From NCBI GenBank assembly GCA_965235115.1, contig OZ249436.1, positions 6,820,001 through 6,884,000 on the forward strand: a DNA stretch of 64,000 nucleotides. Reading direction: 5' to 3'. A program made the position numbers and the translations under genes. This document shows, one piece after another, positions 40,513 through 54,544 of the stretch. Numbering within the stretch: position 1 is the stretch's first letter; every line of letters starts with the position of its first letter. The stretch is from Laetmonice hystrix (lineage: Eukaryota). The notes below the pieces were generated by a model that searched no databases, had not been told where the DNA came from, and worked only from the letters and a program-made list of their open reading frames with translations.

Positions 40513-40752
40513 CACCGCACAATGTAGGTGTGGACACCCGCCCGGCATCTCTTCGGGAAACACCGCACCAGGTGTGGACACCCTCCCGGCGGGAAACACC
40601 ACACCAGGTGTGGACACCGCACCAGGTATGGACACCCGCCCGGCGGGAAACACCACACCAGGTGTGGACACCCTCCCGGCGGGAAACACCGCACCAGGTG
40701 TATACACCCGCCCGGCGGGAAACACCGCACCAGGTGTGGACACCGCACCAGT
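40513..40752. repeat. Palindrome-rich minisatellite, 36 bp unit with an 18-bp sub-unit
   Basis: GGGAAACACC at 40591, 40645, 40681 and 40717; contains CCACACC-A-GGTGTGG (40599-40613) and CCCGC-CCG-GCGGG. Confidence 0.93.
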
Positions 40753-41859
40753 GGCAGTGTATGCCAGGAAAAGAAATATTTTGGCTCGCTCCACCAAACT
40801 GATAATTATAACGCTTCTTCATTATTGGTATTTCTTTTAAAGGGAAACATTTCTTGCACATTCTTTGCAAGTTTTCGACCACAGTTTCTCGTCACCTTAA
40901 CTACCTGAATTCAGGTGATTTCCCACGTGGAGAGAACAATAGACTGTGAAAGTGTAGCTAGGAGCAAACTGATCTCTTGGCTCCGTATGTACTTGGACAG
41001 ACAGGACCGGGATGAAAAAATTAAACACATGAAAGACAATAAAAAAACAATGTAGACACTTTAAGAGGACGTTCCCCTCACCTCGGGCCGTTCTGTGACT
41101 TGATTTCGGAGAGCTGTCAGGTAAGTAATGAGAGTACCACGGAGTCAGAGAGTCCGCCAGATCCCGAGATGTCATTATGTAATTAAAGTTGAACCAAGAA
41201 CGCACTCTGTCACCTCTCAGCGAACCCTGCAGCCACACTGAGTGAGTGACCGTCATGTGATTCTAACTCACAGAGCGGTGTGCATCCATCACATACCATC
41301 AATCAAGGCACATGTCCTACTCGTAAATCTAACAGTTACCAAAATCTCTGCCACAAAAACAAAACTCCATTTACAAGTTGATTTGTACAAACGGAACGGC
41401 GCGGTGGCAATGGAACAAAGTACCCTGTCGAGTGCATGAAGGCATAAAATTTGATCACCATCTTTTTCCTCAATTTTAATATCATGTTCATACTTTGGGG
41501 ACTTAGAAATGAAATGGTAATTTGGGTAGGTTTAGGATGGTAATCCGATGTCAAACTTCTACACGAGCAATTCAATTAATATATTACAAAGCCACTTGAT
41601 TGTTTTATCTGCTGTTCTTTCTCCGCTGTTCACCACTTATTCACTTATCTTTCTCCATTTAGTTCAAGCCTCGAATTCATATTAAAACCGATTAAACCTC
41701 GAGAGCGAATGGACAAGCTGGATTGAGAAAATACTGATTGATCTTCATTATTAATCTGATCAGAAAACTGACTTTCTTAAATGTGTAGGTATCCTGATGG
41801 GTTAAATTTTATGAAGCTGATACAATCGTAATAGGGCAACTGCACTTTAATTACCGTTA

Positions 41860-42170
41860 CATAGGCGCCGGAAGATATTCACGGCTGGGGGGGGGGGGAG
41901 ACCAAAGTCGATGGTCGTAAATTTTAAGAGTGTTTCGGCCGATATCGAAAGAGTGGTATTCAATACATTGTATTAAGAAGACAGCTAAGCCTATCTTCGG
42001 AATAAAAGGCCGCCGAAAGAACAGCCTTCAGGGAAATCTCACTGAACATATAACTTGTTGGGATTCAGCACTGGGTGACAGGGGGGGCCCCTCGAGCGCT
42101 AGGGGGTCTGGCGGCCCTCCTCCCAGAAAGTTGTTTAATTTAAAAGGCAAAAAAAAACATTTCCCGATAT
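41860..42170. mobile_element. Possible non-autonomous DNA-transposon fragment (G-run plus GGGGTCTGGCGGCCCTCCTCCCAGAAA motif)
   Basis: CATAGGCGCCG start, G12 run, then a block resembling GGGGGTCCGGGGGC..CCCCC.GAAAATTTT, which I recall from dispersed invertebrate repeats. Recognition only; no matching right end found. Confidence 0.3.
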
Positions 42171-44121
42171 CTGATCCGAAACATACCCATCCCCATCTCC
42201 TAGACACCCTATCACCCTATCCTATCCCAACATCTGATCCGAAACATACCCATCCACATCCCCAGGACACCCTATCCTATCCGGAACATAGGCTAACCCT
42301 TCCACATCTCCGAGACACCCTATCCTATCCGGAACATAGGCCTACCCATCCACATCTCCGAGACACCCTATCCTATCCGGAACATAGGCCTACCCATCCA
42401 CATCTCCGAGACACCCTATCCTATCCGGAACATAGGCTAACCCTTCCACATCCCCAGGACACCCTATCCTATCCTATCCGGAACATAGGCCTACCCATCC
42501 ACCTCCCCGAGACACCCTATCCTATCCGGAACATAGGCCTACCCATCCACATCTCCGAGACACCCTATCCTATCCGGAACATAGGCTAACCCTTCCACAT
42601 CCCCATGACACCCTATCCTATCCTATCCGGAACATAGGCCTACCCATCCACATCCCCGAGACACCCTATCCTATCCGGAACATAGGCCTACCCATCCACA
42701 TCCCCGAGACACCCTATCCTATCCGGAACATAGGCCTACCCATCCACATCTCCGAGACACCCTATCCTATCCGGAACATAGGCCTACCCATCCACATCCC
42801 CGAGACACCCTATCCTATCCGGAACATAGGCCTACCCATCCACATCTCCGAGACACCCTATCCTATCCGGAACATAGGCTAACCCATCCACATCTCCGAG
42901 ACACCCTATCCTATCCGGAACATAGGCCTACCCATCCACATCTCCGAGACACCCTATCCTATCCGGAACATAGGCCTACCCATCCACATCCCCGAGACAC
43001 CCTATCCTATCCTATCCCATCTCCTAGACACCCTATCCTATCCGGAACATATACACATCTCCGAAACACCCTATCCTATCCTATCCCATCTCCTAGACAC
43101 CCTATCCTATCCGGAACATATACACATCTCCGAGACACCCTATCCTATCCTATCCCATCTCCTAGACACCCTATCCTATCCGGAACATATACACATCTCC
43201 GAGACACCCTATCCTATCCTATCCCATCTCCTAGACACCCTATCCTATCCGTAACATATACCCATCCACATCTCCGAGACACCCTATCCTATCCGGAACA
43301 TATACCCATCCACATCTCCGAGACACCCTATCCTATCCTATCCCATCTCCTAGACACCCTATCCTATCCGTAACATATACCCATCCACATCTCCGAGACA
43401 CCCTATCCTATCCTATCCCATCTCCTAGACACCCTATCCTATCCGTAACATATACCCATCCACATCTCCGAGACACCCTATCCTATCCTATCCCATCTCC
43501 TAGACACCCTATCCTATCCGGAACATATACCCATCCACATCTCCTAGACACCCTATCCTATCCGGAACATATATATACCCATCCACATCTCTGAGACACC
43601 CTATCCTATCCGGAACATATACCCATCCACATCTCCGAGACACCCTATCCTATCCGGAACATATACCCATCCACATCCCCGAGACACCCTATCCTATCCG
43701 GAACATAGGCCTACCGTACCCATCCACATCCCCGAGACACCCTATCCTATCCGGAACATACCCATCCCCATTCCGAGACACCCTATCCTATCCGGAACAT
43801 ACCCATCCCCATTCCGAGACACCCTATCCTATCCGGAACATACCCATCCCCATCCCCGAGACACCCTATCCTATCCGGAACATAGGCCTACCCATCCACA
43901 TCTCCGAGACACCCTATCCTATCCGGAACATACCCAGCCACATCCCCAGGACACCCTATCCTATCCGGAACATACCCATCCCCATTCCGAGACACCCTAT
44001 CCTATCCGGAACATACCCATCCCCATCCCCGAGACACCCTATCCTATCCGGAACATACCCAGCCACATCCCCAGGACACCCTATCCTATCCGGAACATAC
44101 CCATCCCCATTCCGAGACACC
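42170..44121. repeat. Compound satellite, 48-bp core unit with 43-bp and 70-76-bp derived domains
   Basis: Core ACACCCTATCCTATCCGGAACATAGGCCTACCCATCCACATCTCCGAG to about 43000; middle domain alternates CCTATCCCATCTCCTAG units; the 3' domain uses CATACCCATCCCCATTCCGAG. Confidence 0.97.
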
Positions 44122-44688
44122 ATATTCTATCAGCCAGATTGCTATGCAATTATTTGGTACGTCAGCCATGAACATCATTGTCCCATTTTTATTTGACTGA
44201 TTCGACACTCACTATTCTAGTGTCTCTAGCTTCGTCTTATTACATGCCATCTCCGTACCCTATTCACACCTTGGTGTGTCTAATTATTGAAACAGTCGCC
44301 GTCTCATTTAAAGAAGGACACAAAATGAAAGGGAAACCCGAGTACTAACAGCCTGAAGGCCGAACTAAATGTTCTATATGCTCTTGTAATATAATGGCCT
44401 TCACTGTTGGAAAGATATACAAAGGTTCATAGACTAACGACATAGACATAATTTACGGCCAATATTGTTGGCTCCAGAGGAGGAGATCCGTGTCTGTTTG
44501 TCCATCATGACAGGGTCCGACGTGGCTCGCCACAGCCTGTCGTCCCGTCCACCTTCAGGCACAGTCCTCTCATGTAAGTTCAATTGAGGGTTCTAATTCA
44601 AACATTTGTTTTACTTCGACATGACCTAGGGGAACCTAGACGGATTGTTCAGCATGGATGTTGTATTCCTTTAGAAGATTCTGGTATG

Positions 44689-44779
44689 AAACAAACAAGT
44701 AGGTAAATTACATGTTATATTTCAAATGTAAATAAACAAACAAGTAGGTAAATTACATGTTATATTTCCAATGTAAATA
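44689..44779. repeat. Direct duplication, 45 bp x2
   Basis: AAACAAACAAGTAGGTAAATTACATGTTATATTTC[AC]AATGTAAAT twice. Confidence 0.9.
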
Positions 44780-47700
44780 GGATAGTGTTGATTGAAGATA
44801 CCTGATCCATTACAACATTGTGCAAGGAGGGGATACTTCTATAGTCAGTCCTCTTAAACCTTCACTGAAAATGTCCACAACTTGAGGTAATAAAACTACA
44901 ATGCTATCAGCACAGTAATGATGTCAACAAGAAAATCAAACGGTCCTTTGTGTGAGCGTTTTGGTGCCGTTTCAGCTTACAGTATCTATGATTGATGATG
45001 TCATGGTAAGAGATTTAGGACACCAGAGGCAGGACCCTCCACAAGGTTCAACTGTATATAAAAGTGTTAAGTTATGATACCCTGACGTTTCTCATTATAA
45101 CTTACGTCTTCAGTTCCACTTGTGTATGAATGCAGACAGCTATGTGACGATTTATGGTAGACGTAAAGCAATGGACGATCTGCATGTTGTATGGTACCTT
45201 GTCCTGCCTGTCCAACTCTTCCATCATAATTTGTTTACTCGCGCATCAATCTTGGCAGACTTACATACTTCCAACCGCAAAATGTCAAACGGCACGGTAC
45301 GGTAGTCCATGCAGCTTTGAAAAATTTCCAAGTTTAAAATCGCCGTCCATCTAACCGCCGACTTCAACAATTATTGCTGACAAAAATTCGTTCGGCAAAA
45401 ATGACTGCCAGCTACGTCCAGATCATGAATGTGTCGAAACTGTACTGGAATCAGTTAGTAATGATGGAAATAATTTGTGAAAACATCAAACCATATTATA
45501 AAGTGGCTTATGTTGTCGTGAAATATCAATAAGGTGTATTTAAACCTTTCCACTACGACTGATAATGTCCAATACCGGGGGTATGTGTGGTATGCCTGCA
45601 GTTGCTCCCTTCTCGCCGTGCAGTAAGATGTTAAAATATCAAACAGATTTACTCTCCGATAAATCCATTTATCCCAGTGTTAAACCACTGCCTCACGTTT
45701 ATAATTTGACAGCTTGGTTTAGCCACATTTGATCAATACCTCATACAAATGTTCATAATTAGTAGTTTCGGTTTCCGATCTGTCCTTCAGTTACCTGCAC
45801 AGTGCCCTTTACTCAGTTTTAAAAATGTCAATATTTGGCTCAAACACCATGCAAGAATCGGGCCTTTTGAGAACAAGTGATTCTATTCAATCAATTAAAT
45901 TCAATACCTCAACCATATTTTATCTACAGTTTCTATAGTGTTCTTTATTCTGAGGTATAGTCAGAATTATTAATTTTTATTCACTATATTCGATACAATT
46001 GATATTAACTACATCTCGACGTTAACCCACCGCTCCAATAGCAAATATCTTAGTTAAAACCATGAAACAAATCCCCTGTTCATTTCAACCAATAAAACCA
46101 TAACCAATACATGTATGATCTTTAATGATAGCTTCGTAACCATGGTAATAACAGCCAGGTTTTCAATCACGTTTCTTGTGGTATGTTCGACATATCCCAG
46201 AGACGTGATAATTACGGCCGTTAACCAACTCTCCCAACAATCATGATTATTGAATCCTTTCTCATGAAAACCTTTTATTATCATAGCATTATACTTTCCT
46301 TGTGCTCAACAGACCTTGAAATAATCATATGATGTTGTTTAATCGAGGGTATAAATAATGTTTCATCGCGTATATTGACCTTTTTAGCCACCCTGAACAC
46401 TCTTTACTTTGCTATCTCTAGCTGAAAGATGTATTACTGTAATAATATATTCCATAGAATAGCACTGCTAAAATATACTGACTACGCTATCACGATCGTT
46501 GACGTTACATTCACAATATATGTAAATTAAAAAAGTGATTTGTCGTTGTAAAGCAGACATGTCTACTACTCTAGACTTACGTAAATCTCGGTCATTAGCA
46601 CCACCGCATTTTTAGATGAGATTATGAGTTCATGATATTTCGAGATTCTAAAAATAAGTAGGTGGAAATAAATCGAAGTGCTTTTTAGATGGACATCTAT
46701 GCGATCACCAATCAGTTTTACGTTTAACCTGTCTGCGTCATACTTCATGTGGTTATGATAGCACAACAATGGAATATTGAAAATTACATGTATTAATGGT
46801 TAATAACTCTGAAATACGACCAGGTACTAATGGACGTTTACCTGGTGCCGGTGCCGGTTCACAAACCAAGAGATTTCTCTTCCATTACCATTCACTATTC
46901 TTTCATCAACTCTCCTTATCTATTTCAGAACAAAATTGACAACAAGAAATCAATGAGAGTGAAACATTAAATTTCTATTTTCCTTCATGGTGTCACCGAG
47001 ACGTAAAGGTGGAGACAAGTGGGACAATGTATCTAACATTATGCCCGAACCGATCTGTCACTGGTAGCGGGGACCCAATACCTTGTGCACTGGGCCGAGA
47101 CTAGTATACATGGCATTTCTTCGACTTAGAAAAAAATCCATCGTAAAATGTTTTCTAACATCACTCTCAGAGTAAATCGAGTTTGAGCATTAGTATGATG
47201 GTGACGTGTTCCTTTGAAGAGAGACTATTACATACAACTAGGATATCCTTTGTCAAATTTACTTATAAGTCCTACTCTTTCACACATATTATACCACGAT
47301 ATGTGGTTAGGAATTAAAAGGGTGTAATCAATCTGAAAAATCGATTTACTCAGATAAAGAGTTCTAGAAGGATCTATTTTACATCATGGTGTGAAAATGA
47401 CAGGATGTGGGCTTCGTCGAGGGTCCACTTTTACCACTTCACTGTGAAATCAGTCAGAATCTAACACTTCACCAACATGCAGGAGTTCATTAACAAGAAA
47501 AAAGAACTCACCCAGGCATGAGCCCCCCCCCCCCCTCCACCATGTCCTAGCTCTCTCAATCATCAAAGTATGTTTCATCCTTAAACCATGGAGATGTCAA
47601 GAAGATCTCTGACATCAAAATAGATAAATTCTCATATTTCTCTGCAATTGCTGTTCAGATGTTGGTGTAACTCTAGTAGCTGTCACAGAATCACTTTGAC

Positions 47701-48282
47701 CGTGATTCCATATTTGTTTTGGTATAACAGGTGCATTCAGTAAGTTTATCTCAACCATCTGAGTTATTCACTTTAAGTATAGATACGAGTTGTGGTAATA
47801 GTTTTATTTCTTGCCATCGGAACCTTAACAGCACACCAATTGCCTTATAATCACAGGGACCTGCTGGGGTCCGGAATTCCTTCGCTTCGCTTACCTAGTG
47901 ATTTCCTCTAACCGTAGGGCACAGTTCTGTAAAATATAACCAGACAAAAACCATATTTCAACCCGAGAAATGAAAAGGCAGGGAGCCTGATGATATGGTA
48001 ACATGATAGTTTCAACCATTACTGTTGGCTGTGTCGTGATAAAGGATAAATTTAGTGTGGACCATGCGGGCCTTGAACCTCAGGTCATGCAGATCACACT
48101 CTGCACGTAGACTCCACCCCGATCGTGTGTCAATGGTCTACTCCACAACCCACATGTAATTATACCACTTGTCTTCCTGTCCACGTGGGCCCGATAAAAA
48201 AAAATCAACCATATTTTGTACACTTGGACATGGTAGTGTTTAACTGTGGTCACGCTTCACTGATCACTGTGCTGTTAGCTAT

Positions 48283-49033
48283 GGAGAAACACGCAACCTT
48301 TGTAATATGTGGCCTTTGTAATATGTCATGAAACCAAACTTGTTATCTCAGTGTAGTTATGGTTGATCCGTGAAAACGTTGTACAGAAACTGGCATCTGT
48401 TATGACCTTGGTGTATGCAACTCGAGCAATGTCCTTTGTATGGTCGGTGTCCCAGACAATAGCAATAGGGAGAAACACGTAACCTTTGTAATTTGTCGTG
48501 AAACCAAACTTGTTATCTCAGTGTAGTTATGGTTGATCCGTGAAAACGTTGTACAGAACCTGGCACCCAACCCGTTAACTGACGTTATGACCTTGGTGTA
48601 TGCAACTCGAGCAATGTCCTTTGTATGGTCGGTGTCCCAGACAATAGCAATAGGGAGAAACACGCAACCTTTGTAATTTGTCGTGAAACCAAACTTGTTA
48701 TCTCAGTGTAGTTATGGTTGATCCGTGAAAACGTTGTACAGAAACTGGCATCCAACCCGTAACTGACGTTATGACCTTGGTGTATGCAACTCGAACAATG
48801 ACCTTTGTATGGTCGGTGTCCAAGACAATAGCAATAGGGAGAAACATGCAACCTTTGTAATATGTCGTGAAACCAAACTTGTTATCTCAGTGTAGTTATG
48901 GTTGATCCGTGAAAACGTTGTACAGAAACTGGCATCCAACCCGTTAACTGACGTTATGACCTTGGTGTATGCAACTCGAGCAATGCCCTTTGTATGGGCC
49001 AGACGGTGTCCCAGACAATAGCAATAGGGAGAA
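48283..49033. repeat. Satellite, about 185 bp x4 (first unit 170 bp)
   Basis: GAAACCAAACTTGTTATCTCAGTG at 48330, 48500, 48685 and 48869. Confidence 0.95.
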
Positions 49034-51542
49034 GGACCCTTGAAAACACTAGTGACCTCTTGGCGGGAAACTGGTCTAAAAAAGGGACAATGTCTTCAAG
49101 ACTGTACATATTGACTGTAGGATTCCTCCATTTAATTCCCACTTTGGTAGGAACATCTTTCGTCGGTAATCTCTTTGAACAGTGGATTACTTTATGAAAT
49201 CAACCTTGGCTATGTGGGCCGTAAAACCCTACGCGGACCAAGTCTATGTGCTACCATGACAGCAAACATTATAAAAAAAAGTTAGAGTTACATGCAAAAT
49301 CATGTGTCTGATTTATATTCATTGATGATTCTGAGCAACATTGTTTTCCAACATGGCCCATTATAATGATGAAGTAGGCTGCACTAATCAGTGAATGCAA
49401 AAATTGTTCAACAGCATGAAGGACAAATTGCATCATGCCTAGATGACCTCTGTGGTGGTTAGCGTGGTTTTCTGCCACAGCAAGGCTTTCCATATCGTGG
49501 TCGTCGTCTTCCTGCCTGCCTGCCTTCCTTCTGGTCACACCTCGTGATGCATGGCTCTGCCGTGATGAATATAAATGGCGGGAGCCGCGGTAATGTTATT
49601 GTAATATAACAACCTAGATTGACCAGGCTTATTGGCGGATAAAATATAATAACCAACAGCCACCGCCCAATTGGCTGTTAGCACTTCCACTATGGTTGTC
49701 CTATTAGGCTTACACTCAACCTCCTTTGATGTCCATGACTGAGGTGTCAAAATATTGCCTAGGCTAATGTTATATCAATTTCAGCAGGATTTGTGCCTAT
49801 CTGAGAGGTGTCTGCTGGGAAAACACAACCCGACTATGGTACTCAAGTCGTACATTTACACAGCCCGAATCCTCAAGCTTATGTAGTCCCAACACGACGT
49901 TGTTTGTCCACTGAAAATAGGGTCCCATTAGGTGTTGACAAGGCAGACATTTGGAGGAAAAGCACAGCCTATCCTTTAGCAATTTACAGCCAATATTGAG
50001 GATACAGAAAACAATCTTCACAATAAACAGTCACATTGGACTCTGGCCTACACGGGAGGAACCAACATCACATTGACCAATAAATTAACAAGATTTAGGT
50101 ATCAAGACACGACTGCTAGCTAACCAACCATTCCTAATAGATGTGAAATTAATTATAAAGAGACGTTACCTCGTTTCTGACTCTGGCTAGACAAAGTCGT
50201 ACAAGTAAAGCAAGAGGCGAACCATTCCACGCTCCATATTTAGTCATTGTGTGGCGTTCAAGTGCGGTATCAAGAGTGTAAAAAAAACTCACGTCCAATA
50301 GCCAAAACCTACGCTAGGTTTATCTGCCCGTATATTACATATCATTCCAAGCTGATTATACTTTCTCTGGGTCACTTCAGAGGAAGTATTTATATTAAAA
50401 ATACTACGAATTTTTTTATACGACTGGGAAACTATCACTTTTCCATGAGTGCCTGCTCTTGCTAATTTGTAAAGAAGATCTTCGTGCTGACTGTACCATA
50501 ATTAAAATCAGCACTCTGCCACAGAAATCTTTAATTATGACGGTTTCCATTAATCTATTGGCCTAGTATTTTTACTGTTGCCTGGCTTGCAATGTAAACT
50601 GAGACTCTTGGCTCTAATGCTCGACTCAGGAGCCACTAGTGGCACGAGAGGAAGAGCAGTCCATTTAGATTTGACACCAGGGATACCTTAGGCTAATCAA
50701 ACTCAAATAGGCCCACCTCTGTGACCGCAGATTTCTTTCATCTCTTTTAAAAGGTACAATATATCCATAATTATCTCCAAAAGTATCTGTCATCAGGTAA
50801 ATTAGCTGTTGTCTTCACAAAACCTTCCATGATTAGGACAACCTGAGAGTGATCAAGGTGGAAGACGCCTGAGGTGTGCGTCAATCCACACATCCACTAG
50901 ACCGGCACACAACAGTCCAATTATAAGAGTTTCTGAGGTTCCTGTGAGGCATGGTCTTTCTGCAGTCACAGTACTTCGCTAACACAATGTATCCCACCCG
51001 ATGACAAGAGAAACCTCGGTGACATATAAGGTTACCTAACTATCCAACAGCTAACAATAGCGGGTTAGTGATTGGGGTAAAAACCGGCATGGCCTCTGGC
51101 ATTGACGGATCTTTGTACCTTTGTACCCCGGGCCGCCTATACAGTGCTGCCCAATAACCCCCTGTTGTTATATTCCCACGGGCAGACAGGCTCAAATGAT
51201 GCACCCTACCAAGAGGTTGCTTTGTCTTGTGATATCGTTAGTAGCAAACTGGATCCTCTCAGATAAAAGACCTATTATCGCTCAGATACGTCACTCCTTC
51301 AGTCGACAGACGGCCTCAGGGCTGGGGCTATATAAAAACTCCCGCCTGGGGCAGCGAACTGGACAGCCTTTACGCTACTTATACATGAACAATGCCAGGC
51401 GCGGACTAACTGTGCATTACATCTTCTTTCCCTCACAGTATGTTTCCTGCTGTTTCATTGTGTTCCGTTAGATAACTGTGTTTAATCGTGCTTCAGGAAC
51501 AGTACATTTGTATTTCGGTCGTCCTTTTAGCCCTTGGTAGGG

Positions 51543-51592
51543 GTCAGTTTTACTGGTGGAAGACAGCGGATTTAAAATTCGGAGAAAACCAC
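51543..51592 (+). mobile_element. Possible degenerate SINE body fragment (V/Meta-domain-like block)
   Basis: GTCAGTTTTACTGGTGGAAGACAGCGG...CGGAGAAAACCAC resembles the GGAGGAAACCGGAG..CCCGGAG.AAACC.AC block of aquatic-animal SINE bodies; no head or tail seen. Confidence 0.3.
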
Positions 51593-54544
51593 AAATTTTG
51601 AGCTAATATCAGCATGGCAAACATTCTACAACCTACAACCACAATGAAATACAATAAACTGTTTAAGTACTATGGGGCGAGTCCTTTCAATCTGATCTCA
51701 TTGACAGAACTGTAGGCCTATAGAAGGTAGGCCTAGACTACATACAAGCAAGGCTTAGATGGGATCATTAAAAGGCTGAACGTTAAGACTACTCGGTACC
51801 AGTTTTACGAGGGTAACTCTGCTCTTTTCATAAGAATATGCTAGCAGCTAGACCCTAGATCTAATAGATCCAGACCCGAAGCCTGGGGGTTGGAGTGGGG
51901 GGGGGGGGGGGGGCGTGACCTACACAAATCTAAAAAGTTTCAAAAGATACAACTTTTCAATATTTTTGACTTGATCCTAAAAAGATCTTTGTCAATACTT
52001 ATGCAATTATTCTTCTTCATTTCTGGTTTTTATCTTCATGGGCTGACAATAGGAGATCTAAAACCCAAGGTATATGAATCCTCTGCCATCCCAATCATTT
52101 AGTGGTGGTGATCTCCCGAAGCCAGGCCTGTGCAGAGAACCGAAATAATTATCTCACCTAAAATCACCAATCATTAAGTTTAACTAGCCAAGGGAAACCC
52201 AACCACCGCTTGCCGGTCACAGCTAACTAGCCAAGAACAAAAGACACTGTTCAGTCCCAAAATGAAACATTTAAGGCGACTGCCAAAGGTGTCGCCTTCC
52301 CAGTGTCCCCTTCACACCTGAGATGTTACTGGAACAAATAACCCTCATAAAATTACCATACGTGAACTGTGGCAGTGGGTGTGTGGAGGGCCAGCATGGT
52401 CGGCCGCTGTGATCTGCCCACGACAAAGGCTGGGTGAGGTCAGCCTCGGAATCGGCCGCCACTCCTTTCATCGTCAACCTGCAGAGCTCACTACACGAGG
52501 CTCCTCATTACAAAATTGCCGTTTTCATCGTAAAAGCAATTATTTCAGAACATCTCTTCATCCTCGCAATTAATCCCTGCCGGAGAAACAATGCAAATTA
52601 AGGTCACCATCAGCTAATGACTTTAGGATGAGTGCAGATAATTGAAATTAGATCGCAACAGGAGTGGCGACATGATGCTGCTCTAACTGTTCTCCTTGTG
52701 TACGAATGACTAACTTTGCTCGCCATGTAATGAGATTTAGACCGGGTTTTATACTTAACGTCGTCGGAACATGTAAAAATACTACACGCTGAATGAAATC
52801 AGTTGGGTATGAGCTTCATCCCCGCTCCAGATCGTATCTTATTTTATTTTATGCAGATAAACATATTTTCTGCCCTATTTACGCTTAGTTATAGACTTAT
52901 AGCATGACACCATGTACCATGTACGTTCTAATCCCCACAAAACCATGACGATGTATGTTTTATAGGGGAAAAACAGTGCTCGGGTTTCTCGGGGAAGAGG
53001 AAGGGAGATTGTCGAATTCATTCAGTAGCGGCTGTATCATTTATAAACTATAAAATAAATGTGAGGGCTTATTAAAGAACCATATTTTGTTCAGCAGAAA
53101 AAAAACGATGTGACACATTAAGTGGTTAGAATTGGTACAATCCTGGTCAAACAAAATGTCTGTGCTGTGAAACTAAGCACCTGCCTACTGATCGGGACTT
53201 GTAATGAGATGTTTGAATACTCATAGGCAGGCCTCCACACTAGGTGCATATCCGGTATGTAAATGAGTTACTGCATGAGTAATATGCAAATCAGTAGGTG
53301 AACGGCCGGTATGTTTCTTTAATAGGACCGCCAGTCAGGTTTTGTTGTGTAACAAAAAACTATGATGTCAAGTTATGTGTGACACGTATCTCAAGTGCTT
53401 TAATTAAATTATTTCTACCTGAATGTGCTAAACGGTGTGTGCAATTAAATATAATCTGAAAAGGCGTTAGAAAAATAATGACCTGAATGGGGAGGTGTAG
53501 TGTTAACAGGTCGACGTCGTATTCAGGTTCCAGTCAAAGTATTCAAATGGTAGGTCATCAAGGTATCAAGTGGCTCCCATTAAACTAAGAGAGATAATAC
53601 CTGAGATATCGTTTTAACGTGTCACCACCCAACACAAAAATATAGATCAAGTTAACACTGCAACAAGTTCTAATCTTGAAACCAAGCAGTTTCGAAACAG
53701 CCATTGTCGAGTATTACGAGACAGACGTGTCACGCGAACATACTGAGCCCCGGGGCACCGGGTTCGCGTGAACTGACCACCATACCTCCTGTGTGTCGCC
53801 GAGCTCTCAAGGATCAGAAAATGTACCCAAAAAACAAGTCATTCACTTCTGTACCATCTTTTCTTTTACCTTAAATTGTTCATTTTTCCTGAAAAATATT
53901 GACTTTTCAATTCACAAGCTATGCGTACATGTAAGTACAAGTACATAAGGTACACGTACACAAGTATTGAACAAAACATTAGATCTGTTACATAATAGAA
54001 GAGATTGGTCCAGTTTGACAGGTAGAGTTGTTCTATATCGACAAAAGATTACACCCAATGATCCCATATTTACTTCGATTCCATACAAGGATCAGGCTCA
54101 ATAACCCATTGAAACTATCATCTAAATCCATACCTATTGATTTCTCACATATTTTATATTTGCCATGATTCTTTCCCAATTCACAGGTTCGTTCTTTATA
54201 TATCCTCTACTCTGTGTCTTCCTTCTTACCTTCCTGAAGCAGAGAGTGGGAAGTTTACCATGAGATGAATTCTTACCTTGCTATGAGAAGGGTCTAACCC
54301 TCAATACCTGATGGTGGAGTCATATCTACACCGAGTGGAGCGAGGCTGAGGTTAATCTCGCTCGATGATAACAAAAACTATTATCAATACTCCCACACTA
54401 GGTGTGACTTTATTATCAATACTCTCACACTAGGTGTGACTTTGTGCCTAGGATTAAATACTTTCATACTCGGGCCATCTCGGCCATAGAAAAGGTTTGT
54501 CGATATAATGTTGTTCTGCTTCTACTTATATCGACTAGATGTAT

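Noticed and set aside
49269-49590. Protein-like text on both strands (DDDHDMESLAVAENHANHH; KAFHIVVVVFLPACLP, GPCR TM6-like)
   Set aside because: No recognisable family, an in-frame stop on the plus strand, and no supporting adjacent exons.
18416-51912. Isolated G/C homopolymer runs as functional G-quadruplexes
   Set aside because: Such runs are common in invertebrate repeats, their lengths are sequencing-error prone, and there is no functional context.
53730-53771. 10-bp perfect hairpins here and at 24579-24616, and a bulged hairpin at 37693-37745
   Set aside because: About 1-2 ten-bp stems with loops up to 30 nt are expected by chance in 64 kb (64000x27/4^10); no Helitron CTRR end or RNA family context.
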